Shown piece by piece: positions 8,603 through 18,281 of a stretch of 64,000 bases of DNA. Both the position numbers and the translations under genes were made by a program. The notes under the pieces are model-generated. The model had not been told where the DNA came from and did not search any database. It saw only the letters and a list, made by a program, of their open reading frames with translations. The stretch comes from Candidatus Latescibacterota bacterium (lineage in GTDB: Bacteria > Latescibacterota > UBA2968 > UBA8231), in contig OZ220089.1 of assembly GCA_964291625.2 (NCBI GenBank), positions 1,568,001-1,632,000 of the forward strand, read 5' to 3'. Within the stretch, counting starts at the first letter, position 1. Each line of letters starts with the position of its first letter.

Positions 8603-10195
8603 CTAGTAGGGCGCAACCCCCACGGGGGCGAACCCCTTCACGCCACACAAGACGCGCGGAATCCCGACGGCTGCCAACTTGGACAGCCCCGGCAAGGTGT
8701 AGGCGTCCGACTGGCTGGGGTCCACCCAGTATCCGACGTCGCCCATGGCGTGCAGGGTGGTGGCGCTGAAGAGGGTGTTGTCCCAGTCCTTGTAGGGGGT
8801 CATCACCTCGTCTCCGAAGACGGACTCCCGCCAATGGGTGTAGTCGGCGGCGAGGGGCACCTTCATGCCCTCGTATCTCCATCCGCCTTCGACGTCGAAG
8901 GCGCTGCGGGCACCCTTCCCCTTGAAGTGGGGATCACCATCGCCGACTTCCACGAGACCGAGACCGGCCCATATGGAGGAATGGAAGCCGAGGGCGTGGG
9001 CGATCTCGTGCACGGCGAGGTCCTTCAGGTGGTAGATGAAGGAGTCCTTGTGGAAGCGGATGATCCCCAGTACAGGGAGGTAGTTCCTGCGGACCCAGAA
9101 GGGCCCGCCGGTGGCCAGGAACGGGGCGTCGTCCGGGTGGCGCCCGACATAGAGGCGCACGTCATCGACGACTCCTTCCTGGATGACGAGGTCTCCCAAC
9201 CAGCCGTAGTTGGGCTCGAACCAGTCGTGATCCCTGCTGTCGAAGGGGTGGACCCCGAAGTCGATGTCGGGGACACCCTGGGAGATGACCGCCTCCCACA
9301 CCTCGGCGGCCTCCTCGATCAGGGCCCGGTGGCCCGGACTGAAGTCGGCCACGAAGACAAGCTCGATGTCGAAGGAGTCATCGGCCTGTGCCGGATCGAG
9401 CACGGTGATCGAGTAGGAGGTCAGACTGTCCCCTTCCTCGGTCTCGATGAGAACGCTCGACTGTCCCGCCAGGCAGCCCGAGAGGTAGACCGTCTCTCCG
9501 TGGCCGAGGCTCCGCGTCCGGTCGTCGCGCTCGGCGGCGCAGAAGCTCCGGGACGGCGCCGAGGAGGCGGTGGACACCTCGACGGCCAGGTCGGAGTCCT
9601 CGCCGGGGTTGACGATCACCCGGACCGTCGCGTCCGACACCTCGCCCGCGCGGGTCTGCACCTGCAGGGTGAACGGGTGCCAGAGGGTGCCCTCGACCGT
9701 GAACCGCGTCTGGCCCGGGTCCGGTGACAGGGAAGCCTGGATCAACGGCGTGACGGGCAGCCCGATGCCCCACGGATTCTCCCCCGGGCCGCCGAAGAGG
9801 AACTCGCCGTAATACTTGAGGTCGTCCCAGTCGTTGTCGCCGTCGCGGTCGATATCGAGCAGGTCGAAGTCGTAGTGCTGGGCCATGTAGGTGAACCCCG
9901 TCAGGTAGTGCCAGAGGGCCCACATGTCCCAGAAGCTGAGGACGCCGTTGCCGTCGGCGTCGCCCAGGTGACGCACCCTCTCTTCCTCTTCCTCGTCCTG
10001 GTGGACGCCGGCGGCCCTGGCGGCGGGCTCGCGGGCGGGCAGCTCCGATGGGAGGACCACGCCGCGCTCGGAGAACCAGGCGACCAGGCGCCGGTACTCC
10101 TGTGCGTCCGGGAGCGGCGCCGTGGGCGACGGGGGCGGGTCGGCGCAGCCGGAGAGACCGGCGATGACCGCGAGAACGAGGGGCCAGGGGCGCAT
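8603..10195 (-). CDS. Lipoprotein: dockerin/EF-hand-like repeats plus leishmanolysin (M8)-like zinc metalloprotease
   Basis: Lipobox LSGC; GDADGNGVLSFWD and DIDRDGDNDWDD loops; HEIAHALGF, HWRESVFGDEVMTPY, DVGY. Confidence 0.8.
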   Translation of the reverse strand: MRPWPLVLAVIAGLSGCADPPPSPTAPLPDAQEYRRLVAWFSERGVVLPSELPAREPAARAAGVHQDEEEEERVRHLGDADGNGVLSFWDMWALWHYLTGFTYMAQHYDFDLLDIDRDGDNDWDDLKYYGEFLFGGPGENPWGIGLPVTPLIQASLSPDPGQTRFTVEGTLWHPFTLQVQTRAGEVSDATVRVIVNPGEDSDLAVEVSTASSAPSRSFCAAERDDRTRSLGHGETVYLSGCLAGQSSVLIETEEGDSLTSYSITVLDPAQADDSFDIELVFVADFSPGHRALIEEAAEVWEAVISQGVPDIDFGVHPFDSRDHDWFEPNYGWLGDLVIQEGVVDDVRLYVGRHPDDAPFLATGGPFWVRRNYLPVLGIIRFHKDSFIYHLKDLAVHEIAHALGFHSSIWAGLGLVEVGDGDPHFKGKGARSAFDVEGGWRYEGMKVPLAADYTHWRESVFGDEVMTPYKDWDNTLFSATTLHAMGDVGYWVDPSQSDAYTLPGLSKLAAVGIPRVLCGVKGFAPVGVAPY

Positions 10196-10297
10196 GAGAG
10201 CCTCCGTGAAGGTGCTTTGTGCGGACGACCGGGGTACTCCTGAAGGACGAAGGTAACCCCCGCCGCCAACGCGGTCATGCGGCCCGACAGGTGCGAT

Positions 10298-12376
10298 TCA
10301 GGAGGGGTTGAACCCGATCCTGCCGCGGTGGCCCGGCTTGGCCTCGCACTCGGCGCGCAGCAACCCGGCGAGGGCCGCCGGATCCTGCAGGTGGCCGAGG
10401 ATCTCGGCCTTGCTGCGCGTCACCGCGAAGTCCCCCGGTGTCAGGGTGGTGAGCTCCTCGATCTCCTGCGGAGCGTCGATCCCGAAGAAGGCGCGGAAGG
10501 CCGCCTTCGACTGGGCCGGCGTGAGGTAGTCGAGGGCGATCTTGAAGGTGAAGCGCCGCAGGGTGGCGGGATCGAGGTGCTCGCCGAAGTTGGTGGTGCA
10601 CGCGAAGGGCAGGGGGTGGCTCTCCATCCAGGTGAGCATCTCGTTGACTTGGCTCACCTCCCAGGAGCGCACGGCGCCGCGGCGGTCGGCCAGCAGCGAG
10701 TCGGCCTCGTCGAAGACCAGGATCGACTCCTCGGCGCGGGCCTCTGCGAAGGCGGCGGCGATCTGCTGCTCGGTCTGTCCCACCCACATGGACATCAGGT
10801 CGGAGGCCCGCTTGTGGATGACCTGCAGGCCGAGGCGCTCGGCGAGGTAGCGCACGAAGGCGCTCTTGCCGGTACCGGGCGGGCCCTGCAGGCACAGGGA
10901 GAAGCGCCTCTTCCCGGTCCCTTCGAGGCGCCGGGCGAGCCGCACCGGGTCGAGGTCGGCCCGGATCAGCCCGGGGTCGAACCTCTCGGGCGCCCCCTGG
11001 GCCGCCGGCGGCTTCTCCCCCGAGATCACCCGGGACAGGCTGCGCACGCCGCGGCGCACCGCGGTCAGGTCGCCGCCGCAGAGACTCGCGGCGGCGACGG
11101 CGCCGGCAGCCAGTCCCGGCGCCACGTCGAACTCCCGCGCCAGGGAGCCCGCGTCCTCCTCGGTGGCTTCGATGCCGTGGCGCTCCAGCTCCCGGCTCCA
11201 GATCCGCGCCCGGGTGCGGCACGGCGGCGGGCGCAACTCCAGGGCGAAGGTCATGCGGCGCAGGACGGTGGAACAGGTATCGCGCGCGGCGTTGGAGGTC
11301 CACAGGGTGGGCACGGGCGTGCGTTCGAGGAGCCGGTTCATGTAGACCTTGGAGCCCCGCGCCCGGAGCTTGGAAGAGCCGAAGGGCGCGAAGGGCAGCC
11401 AGCGGTCCCCCGGGTCCGAGAGCAGGTCCTCCATCTCGTCGAAGAGCAGCATCGACCCGCTCCCCCCGGCCAGCAGGCGCTGGGCGAAACGCAGCTCCTG
11501 GAGCCGCTCCTGGCGGGCGGGTTCGTCCCCCTCGTCATCGGCCTCGCCGACGCCGTAGAGGTCGGCCCCGAGGCGGGCGGCCAGGGTCTTGCAGAACTCG
11601 GTCTTGCCCGTGCCCGGCGGTCCGTAGACCAGCACGTTCACCCCGCGGGCGCCGGAGCCCAGGGCCCCCGCGACCACCTCCTCGATGTGGTCCCGGTCCT
11701 CCGCCACGTGATCGAAGTCCGACCACTCCAGCTCGCCCGGCGCCGCCGCGTCGAGCAGCAGTCCGCGCACGTCGAGGCCGTTCTCGTCGGGGAGGTGGAC
11801 CAGCCGGTGCAGCCTCCGGACGGGCTCCAGCTCGCCATCGTAGTCGACGGAGACGAGGCCCGCCCTCATGAGCGGCGCGTCCGCCGCCAGACGGGACTGG
11901 AAGGCGCCGGAGGACAGGCCCAGGAGGCCGCCCAGGTAGGGGTTGGAGACGTTGAGAGCCGGCCTGTGGCGCCGGAAACCCTCGCCGTCTCCGACGGCAT
12001 CGACCAGGGACTCCAGGGCCGGCTGGGCGCGGTAGCGCAACAGCAGCTCGAGGATGGCCACGTCCTGCGGCGTCAGGTCCATCTCCCGTCCGAGAAACCG
12101 CAGCCGCTGCCCCGTTCGGTCGGGCGGGACCCCTTCGCAGGCGGAGTGCTTCGCCTCGAGGGCCTCCCCCAGGCGCCGCCACTCCCGCGCGGACAGTTTC
12201 CTCTCGGACAGCAGGTCGTCCTCCTGCTCCTCCCCGTCCTCCTCGAGCTCCAGAAGCTCCCCGTTCTCGCCCACCCACTCGGCGAGACTCCTGGCTCCCG
12301 GACTGGTGTGCCGCAGGCGTGAGGCGGCGTTGGAGAGGTAGAGGAACAGAAGCTGACGTTCGCAGGCGTTGAGCAT
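10298..12376 (-). CDS. Double-AAA+ ATPase (SpoVK/Ycf46-like)
   Basis: Walker A GPPGTGKT and GPPGTGKS; Walker B LLFDEMED and VFDEADS; C-terminal RIGF; AGGAGG upstream of ATG 12376. Confidence 0.85.
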   Translation of the reverse strand: MLNACERQLLFLYLSNAASRLRHTSPGARSLAEWVGENGELLELEEDGEEQEDDLLSERKLSAREWRRLGEALEAKHSACEGVPPDRTGQRLRFLGREMDLTPQDVAILELLLRYRAQPALESLVDAVGDGEGFRRHRPALNVSNPYLGGLLGLSSGAFQSRLAADAPLMRAGLVSVDYDGELEPVRRLHRLVHLPDENGLDVRGLLLDAAAPGELEWSDFDHVAEDRDHIEEVVAGALGSGARGVNVLVYGPPGTGKTEFCKTLAARLGADLYGVGEADDEGDEPARQERLQELRFAQRLLAGGSGSMLLFDEMEDLLSDPGDRWLPFAPFGSSKLRARGSKVYMNRLLERTPVPTLWTSNAARDTCSTVLRRMTFALELRPPPCRTRARIWSRELERHGIEATEEDAGSLAREFDVAPGLAAGAVAAASLCGGDLTAVRRGVRSLSRVISGEKPPAAQGAPERFDPGLIRADLDPVRLARRLEGTGKRRFSLCLQGPPGTGKSAFVRYLAERLGLQVIHKRASDLMSMWVGQTEQQIAAAFAEARAEESILVFDEADSLLADRRGAVRSWEVSQVNEMLTWMESHPLPFACTTNFGEHLDPATLRRFTFKIALDYLTPAQSKAAFRAFFGIDAPQEIEELTTLTPGDFAVTRSKAEILGHLQDPAALAGLLRAECEAKPGHRGRIGFNPS

Positions 12377-12648
12377 GGGCATCCTCCTGGCGATGGGGTT
12401 CGGACATCTCCGTCTGTCTGGAGATGAACGTAGCCAGGAGGTGCGACAGATCGCGTCGCAGCGGGGGGGTATTTCAGGGACGGGCCGACAGTCTGCGAGT
12501 CGCCCGCGAAGAGAAGAGCGGTTGGCCTGGAGCTCTATTGCTCGCGGAAGAAGAACCGCTCCGCCGTGCCGGGTCACCTTCAACGTCGAAGAGCCGAGCC
12601 AGGTACCTCCGGGACGGAGTAGCCCACTCGGTCGCGGGAGCCGGGGCT

Positions 12649-13335
12649 TCAGCTTGATGAGGTGCGCCTTGGCTTCCGCGCCTTGAGCGCCAGCAGCCAG
12701 GGCACGGTCCCCTCTCCCAGTTCCTCTACCGCTTCGAGCCGGAGACCCGACGCGATCAGCTTGTTCAGCAGCTCGGACAGCGGTACATGGCGCACTCCCG
12801 CGCGCGACCGGACCCCTGGGCCGATACCCGGCCCGTCGAAGACTCGTTCGGTATTCCAGTAGCCTGGATGGACTACCGCCACGCCGTGAGGACGACCGTC
12901 CTCCATCTTGACCGAAGGGCCCGCGAAGCACGGATGGACCGAGATCACCACGAGGAGGCCATCGCGGGACAGGATACGCTTCGCTTCTCGAAAGAAGGGC
13001 TCCACGTCGTCGAGGTCGGTGAGGGTCAGGACCGAAACCACCCGCGAGGCCCGGCCGTCGGTGAACGGCATCGATCCCGCGTCGCCCTGCACCAAGGAAG
13101 GGCATCGCCGACGCGCCAGCCGGAGTTGATCCGCCGAGAGATCGAGTCCGACGACGCTCCATCCCCGCGACGCCAGCAGGCCGAGGTGCGCCCCGGTGCC
13201 GCAGCCGGCATCGATGCAGAGCCCGGGTCCCGAACCGACGAGGCGGCCGACGTGTTCGGGCACGTCATGGTAGATGGGGTGGTTCAGGAAATCGTCGTAC
13301 CACTCCGCCAGCCCGTCGTACCTGGCCTCAGCCAC
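12649..13335 (-). CDS. Class I SAM-dependent methyltransferase
   Basis: YDGLAEWYD, IDAGCGTG, GLDLSADQL, GDAGSMPF. Confidence 0.85.
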   Translation of the reverse strand: MAEARYDGLAEWYDDFLNHPIYHDVPEHVGRLVGSGPGLCIDAGCGTGAHLGLLASRGWSVVGLDLSADQLRLARRRCPSLVQGDAGSMPFTDGRASRVVSVLTLTDLDDVEPFFREAKRILSRDGLLVVISVHPCFAGPSVKMEDGRPHGVAVVHPGYWNTERVFDGPGIGPGVRSRAGVRHVPLSELLNKLIASGLRLEAVEELGEGTVPWLLALKARKPRRTSSS

Positions 13336-13399
13336 CGGGGCCTCTATCGAAGCCACATCCAGGCGGCTCGAGTCGCTGGATGGGCCAGATCTTCTCTCA

Positions 13400-13674
13400 A
13401 GTGCAGCTTCGTCACATCCGGGGATTGGATCGTGCTGCGGATCCCCTGGGCATACAGTAGCAGCATTGTCCGGATAGGCCAGTCTCCTGCCGGCCGTCCG
13501 CTCCGCTGGCGAGAACCCACGCCGCTGAAGCATCTCCGTGTAGGTCCCCTCTATGCGCTCGACCAACTCGCGCCTGCACATGTCCCACCTCGGCACACAC
13601 TGGGGCAAGCGTCCCTCAATGACGGGAAGGCCCACCTCCCGGAAGACCTTCTCGGACAGGTCGAATCCCTTCAC
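13400..13674 (-). pseudogene. Probable DUF4037-like gene remnant with internal deletion, in frame with the methyltransferase
   Basis: MKGFDLSEKVFREVGLPVIEGRLPQ resembles a DUF4037 N-terminus and is followed directly by a C-terminal-like ELVERIE..LQRRG segment. Confidence 0.35.
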
Positions 13675-14205
13675 AGGCGCCTCCTGACGAGCGAGTCCAA
13701 CCTGGCCAAGCAGCCGTCACCGCCCTTGTCGTGCCACACCCTTACCACAAGGTTTCCCTTCAGGTGTACCTCCGTGCCCTCGTTTCTCCGAGCGCGAAGG
13801 AGATCCGCCGCACTCTGAGCTGTCTTCCCATCGGAGAATCTGAGCCCGAAGATCCCCGCTTCCGCTCCCCCTTCACCGTGATACACGGACAGCAGGAACT
13901 CCTCCATCTCCGCCACGAGGGGACTGGCTTCACTGGATGTCGAGGTTCGTCCTGAATCGTCGGAGGGTTGATGGTGCTGATGTCGTCCGCCTGTTGGGAA
14001 CAGCATGGCGCCGAAAGCAGTCCAGGTCTGTCCGCTCCGAGGTCAGGAACGGATTTCCCGTGGCGCCGCACGGCAGCTCTACGCCTGGCGGCACAACGGC
14101 CAAGGCGCACTCTCCAAGGTCGGATTCCAGTTCAGCGAGTTCCGACAGCGGCATCGGAGAGCAGCCCAGAAGCGCTGCTGCCACGATCAGGCCTGGGACC
14201 TTCAT
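13671..14205 (-). pseudogene. Frameshifted hypothetical lipoprotein
   Basis: MKVPGLIVAAALLGC lipobox; removing one base near 14015 (TGCTTTCGGCGCCATG) joins it to ORF 13671-14006. Confidence 0.5.
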
Positions 14206-14343
14206 ACGCAGGATGTCCATCAGGGGCTGCGTTGACGTTAGACGATAGCGATCGCACATGTCTGTCTCCCGGTTGAGCGGAAAAGGGAGCCGGCGGCTCG
14301 TGGACCTCTGTCGGCTCACTCGGCTGGCGGCGGAGCGGGGCGG

Positions 14344-15177
14344 TCAACGGAAGAAGAACCGCTCCGCCGTGCCGGTCATGATCTCGGCCCGGTCGGCGGC
14401 GGAGAGGAAGTCCAGACCCTCCTCCATGAGCGCCACGCTGGCCGCGTAGGTGTGCTCTCCGAGGACCTGGTAGGGCGCGTCGCTGGCCCACATGAGGCGT
14501 TGCGGGCCGTAGGCGTCGACGACCCGCCGGATGAGGCCGGCCAGGTCGTGGTAGGGCGGCTTCTTCTCGCCCAGGGCGTAGAAAGCGGAGACCTTCACCA
14601 TCACGCTCTCGAACCGCGCCATGGCGCAGAGGGCGTCCACGTCCTCTTCCCGAATCGGCCCCCGAGCGCCGACGAGGCCAAGGTGGTCGATGATGACGGG
14701 CGCGCCGGGGAACTGCTCGCAACGCCGCGCCAGGGCCGGCAGGCCGTCCGGGGCGATGAGCGGGCAGATGGCCAGCCGCTGGCGGGCGCCGGCGGCGAAC
14801 ATCCTGTCGAAGCCGGGGCCGTCGCACCAGGTCGCCGGCGGGACATCCCGCGGATAGACGCGGAAGCCGTAGACCCGCTGAGCGGCGAGGCGCGTCATCA
14901 CCTCCTCGACGGCGGGATCGTCCCAGTCGACGATGCCGATGCCGCCGAAGACGTCCGGAGAGTCGGCCATGGCCTTGAGCATGTAGCGGTTGTCGGTGCC
15001 GTAGTAGCTCATCTGCACCAGCACGACGCGGTCGACCCCACAGGGCCGGGCGTGGCCGAGGATGTCCTCCACGTGGAAGGTGACGGGACTGGCGTCGGCG
15101 GGGTCGCTGTCCGCGGCGAAGGGGTAGGTCTGGTAGTCGTCGGTCCAGATGTGGACGTGGGAGTCTATGTATGGCAT
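14344..15177 (-). CDS. Amidohydrolase family 2 protein
   Basis: IDSHVHIW, IIDHLG, VKVSA, RLMWASDAP. Confidence 0.9.
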   Translation of the reverse strand: MPYIDSHVHIWTDDYQTYPFAADSDPADASPVTFHVEDILGHARPCGVDRVVLVQMSYYGTDNRYMLKAMADSPDVFGGIGIVDWDDPAVEEVMTRLAAQRVYGFRVYPRDVPPATWCDGPGFDRMFAAGARQRLAICPLIAPDGLPALARRCEQFPGAPVIIDHLGLVGARGPIREEDVDALCAMARFESVMVKVSAFYALGEKKPPYHDLAGLIRRVVDAYGPQRLMWASDAPYQVLGEHTYAASVALMEEGLDFLSAADRAEIMTGTAERFFFR

Positions 15178-15311
15178 GGGGGCTGGCATCCTCGTGCCTG
15201 GCTGATGGTGGATGGACTTCCCCGAGCGGCTGGGGCGGAGGCTTGGGCTCTCTCTCGGGATCCTCAGTATGCGCGACAACCCGCAAGCAAGCATACGCTG
15301 CCTGTTGCGGC

Positions 15312-16457
15312 CTATGCCTTTCTCCTCATTGCAGTCAGTGCCTTGCGAATCTCACTTTGTTCGGCGCCCTCAAACTTCCTGCCCTGCAGCCATAGCGGCA
15401 CTTCGGAGGGAATCCCCGTATACACCGAGTGAGTGAGGTTCCTCGATCTCCCTTCGTCATACGGCCAAACCTCTCTCTCGGCAATTTCTTCAAGATCCGA
15501 GCCATGCCTCACCAGTCGATCGCCCCAGTGGTGCAAGTGAGCGACCGCTGCGAGGTGATCGCTCTTCCTTCCATTGCACCGCTGGTCCGCCACGACCAGG
15601 TTGGCGAGGCTGTCGTCAGCGCAGCGCGTCCATGGCAGGAAATGGTCGATAACCGGCTTGCCTACCTTCTCCTGGCAATAGAAGCACCTACCATCCTGTA
15701 GCTGGTCCAGGGGATCTCGCAGCTTCCCCAGATGGATCCTGTTCGGCTCGAAGAGGAATTCCTCAATGTCCTCAACCGCTTCAGGGTTTCTCCGGGCAAC
15801 GAATCGGGACCATTCACGCCGAATCACCGGACGCAACAAGCCTGCCAAGAGACTCAGGTTCTCTTCGACACCGGGGACAAATACCAATCGATTGTCAAAT
15901 TCCCCGGTGAGAACGCCTCGCGCCCCCCCGCGGAGACGGCGTTGATAGGCGCGCACTCCCGGTGGGCCGCCTGGCTGCCAACTCACTCTGTACAGCAGGT
16001 CCACGGGTTCACTTCCGACTTGCTGTAGCAGCGGGATGGGCCACCTGATCAAGATCCACTCGATCTCGTCCAACAAGCCTTCGTATTCTTCGGATGCAAT
16101 CCTCTTTGCTCGGTGTGGAGTGCCCACTCTTCGTTCCCCATGTCGCGCCACGAACTCCTGTATCAGATTCGGAATCGAGCGCCCTCCGCCGGTCATTTGC
16201 TTCAGCATCCCGCCCTTTTTCGGGTGGACACGAACTTGCTTCCAGTAGTTCGCCGCGACCCGCTCTGCCAATTGGCGGGTCGTGACACTGCCCCTCGGAC
16301 CTCTCTCTCCGCCGGCGCTGTCTTGGCACTCGTCGATAAGTGCCAGAAGAAGGGCGTACTTGTACGACGCCGTCGTGTGCGCTTCGTCGAGCAACGCAAG
16401 AGTTCTCTCCGCGAACTGGATCGTTTGTCCCCGGTCTACTCCCATTGTCTTGGACAT
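15312..16457 (-). CDS. HNH endonuclease with N-terminal helical (possible DNA-modification-sensing) domain
   Basis: N-terminal TASYKYALLLALID; C-terminal CFYC..IDHFLPW..NLVVADQRCNGRKSD. Confidence 0.85.
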   Translation of the reverse strand: MSKTMGVDRGQTIQFAERTLALLDEAHTTASYKYALLLALIDECQDSAGGERGPRGSVTTRQLAERVAANYWKQVRVHPKKGGMLKQMTGGGRSIPNLIQEFVARHGERRVGTPHRAKRIASEEYEGLLDEIEWILIRWPIPLLQQVGSEPVDLLYRVSWQPGGPPGVRAYQRRLRGGARGVLTGEFDNRLVFVPGVEENLSLLAGLLRPVIRREWSRFVARRNPEAVEDIEEFLFEPNRIHLGKLRDPLDQLQDGRCFYCQEKVGKPVIDHFLPWTRCADDSLANLVVADQRCNGRKSDHLAAVAHLHHWGDRLVRHGSDLEEIAEREVWPYDEGRSRNLTHSVYTGIPSEVPLWLQGRKFEGAEQSEIRKALTAMRRKA

Positions 16458-16816
16458 GACATCACTCCATCGAGATACTGTTACGGCTGCGTGCCCCCCA
16501 TATAGGCCCACTTTCACGCGGACCATCTTCGCGAGATCTGGCGCGGACCTCGTACCATTGGACAGTATCGACCAACCCGGTTGCTCCGGCCCAACTGGAG
16601 TAAGTGTTGACGGGCCAAGAGTAGGAAAAACTCCGGTTGTCGGCGACAACTCGGTTCCCCAGTCCCGGTGCGGACTGCGGCGGGACAGAACCTCGGGCAG
16701 GGACTGCCCGGGCGTGGTCACGGAGTACTCGCGCAAGGCCAGGGGTAGGGGTAGGTGCCGGTGCTTGTCGGTGAAAGGATGCTAAGGACGCAAGCGGACT
16801 CGGCAGTGTGGGGCTA

Positions 16817-17389
16817 TCAGCTGCCGAAGTGCGCCACGAAAACGTCCTTTTGCGGACTGTAGCGCAGGTACTCCAGGAACCGATGATCGTAGTTGGTGTG
16901 TGCATAGTACAGGCTCTGCGCCCTGTGCAGGGCATCGCAGGTCGGGCCAATGTCGAACCGACCATCTTTGATGGTGACCCCCTGCGCCCGAGAGCCTTCA
17001 CCGACATCGACGGTGTACTCCCCGTCCTTGAAGTGGGCAGGCTGGCCGTCGGTGTCCTTGACGTCGATATCGAGAACCTGCCTGTCGTAAGGGATCGACT
17101 CGTCGTACGCGCCTTCGAAGATCGACCACACAATGACGGGGTGCGCATTGTCTTCGGTGCGGACGACCCGACCACAGGACGGGTCCACGCTGGCGGTGAG
17201 CTGATGGGGGTTGGTGGCCGTGTCGAGGGCTTCTTCCAGGTCGAGCACGTCCTTGTAGGCTTGCTTGATGGTGGTCAGGGGTCCGCCTTCCACCCAGTCC
17301 AAGAGGGCGGCCTCCGCGTCGGTCAGGGCCGCCTTGGCTTGGGTGAGTTTGTCCCTCATCTCTTCCACGGTGAGTTGGATGTCGGCCAC
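16817..17389 (-). CDS. Hypothetical protein (190 aa), N-terminal coiled coil
   Basis: GTG 17389 with purine-rich RBS, 17 nt after the sspD stop; MADIQLTVEEMRDKLTQAKAALTDAE... Confidence 0.7.
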   Translation of the reverse strand: MADIQLTVEEMRDKLTQAKAALTDAEAALLDWVEGGPLTTIKQAYKDVLDLEEALDTATNPHQLTASVDPSCGRVVRTEDNAHPVIVWSIFEGAYDESIPYDRQVLDIDVKDTDGQPAHFKDGEYTVDVGEGSRAQGVTIKDGRFDIGPTCDALHRAQSLYYAHTNYDHRFLEYLRYSPQKDVFVAHFGS

Positions 17390-17406
17390 TCGGGATTCCC
17401 CTTCCC

Positions 17407-18222
17407 TTACAAATGACACACCGCACACCCCTCTGCCAGATCGGGCGCCGGAATCTCCTCCCGCTCCGGCAACTCGGCGATCTTGAGCAGCGGCCGACCG
17501 TCGACCCAGGTGTAGCCGCGATCCCCTACGCTGTCCTGCTCGTACCCCATGGCCTTCTGGAAGAGATCCGGGTGCACCTCCTTGAGATTCTGCCACTCCC
17601 CCACCTGCTGGTAGAAGCAGAAGTAGCAGCCCGACCGGGAACGCCACCGGTAGTAGCCGGGGATGCCGATGCCGGACTCGGTCAGGATCCGCTTGATGTC
17701 CTCCAGGGTCATCCCGGCGTCCTTGAAGGGATACACCGGCAGGATGTTGGGCCGCTCGGAGATGACCGGGGGCTTTTTGGACTGGTAGCCTTCCCGGTCC
17801 TCGTCGCCGCGGATGCCGATGTAGCTGAAGGCGTGGTTGTCGCCGACGAAGCGCTCGAAGGGCTGGATCTTCAGCACTCGGGTACACCACCTCGACCGGG
17901 GATTGGGCAGGAATCCCCCGTAGAGCTCATTCAGGTAGATGTCGAAGGGATTGCGCCCGGGCTTTCTCGCCACCTTCAGATCGTCGAGAGCGTTGAGCCG
18001 CTGCACCTCGACGCCCAGGAGAGCCTCGAGCCGCTCGAGGTACTCGTAGGTCTCGGGCAACTCGCAACCGGTATCGCAGAACACGTACTCCGCCGGGATC
18101 TGCGGGTAGCTCTGACGCACATACAGGGCAAGTGCGGTCGAGTCCTTGCCGCCCGAGATGCTGACGATGTGGCGGATGCTCTTGTCGGAGAGGCTGTCGA
18201 GCGCCTCCTGCATGCTGGCCAT
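17407..18222 (-). CDS. sspD: PAPS-reductase-family protein, SspD-like (phosphorothioation)
   Basis: PP-loop SGGKDS, FCDTGCELPETY, RWCT..LK, RSRSGCYFCFYQ, C-terminal GCAVCHL; downstream of DUF4007 and the desulfurase. Confidence 0.8.
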   Translation of the reverse strand: MASMQEALDSLSDKSIRHIVSISGGKDSTALALYVRQSYPQIPAEYVFCDTGCELPETYEYLERLEALLGVEVQRLNALDDLKVARKPGRNPFDIYLNELYGGFLPNPRSRWCTRVLKIQPFERFVGDNHAFSYIGIRGDEDREGYQSKKPPVISERPNILPVYPFKDAGMTLEDIKRILTESGIGIPGYYRWRSRSGCYFCFYQQVGEWQNLKEVHPDLFQKAMGYEQDSVGDRGYTWVDGRPLLKIAELPEREEIPAPDLAEGCAVCHL

Positions 18223-18229
18223 CGAGCAC

Positions 18230-18271
18230 CTATTCCGTTCGCACGTCGCGGGAGGCAAGTCGCTCTGACAC
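18230..18271 (-). other. 13-codon mini-ORF at the sspC position (possible deletion scar)
   Basis: AGGAAGAAGACC-GTG TCA GAG CGA CTT GCC TCC CGC GAC GTG CGA ACG GAA TAG fills most of the sspB-sspD gap. Confidence 0.35.
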
Positions 18272-18281
18272 GGTCTTCTTC

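Noticed and set aside
12377-13162. N-terminal extension of the 954-aa ORF
   Set aside because: It overlaps the methyltransferase, is low-complexity, and a strong RBS marks ATG 12376.
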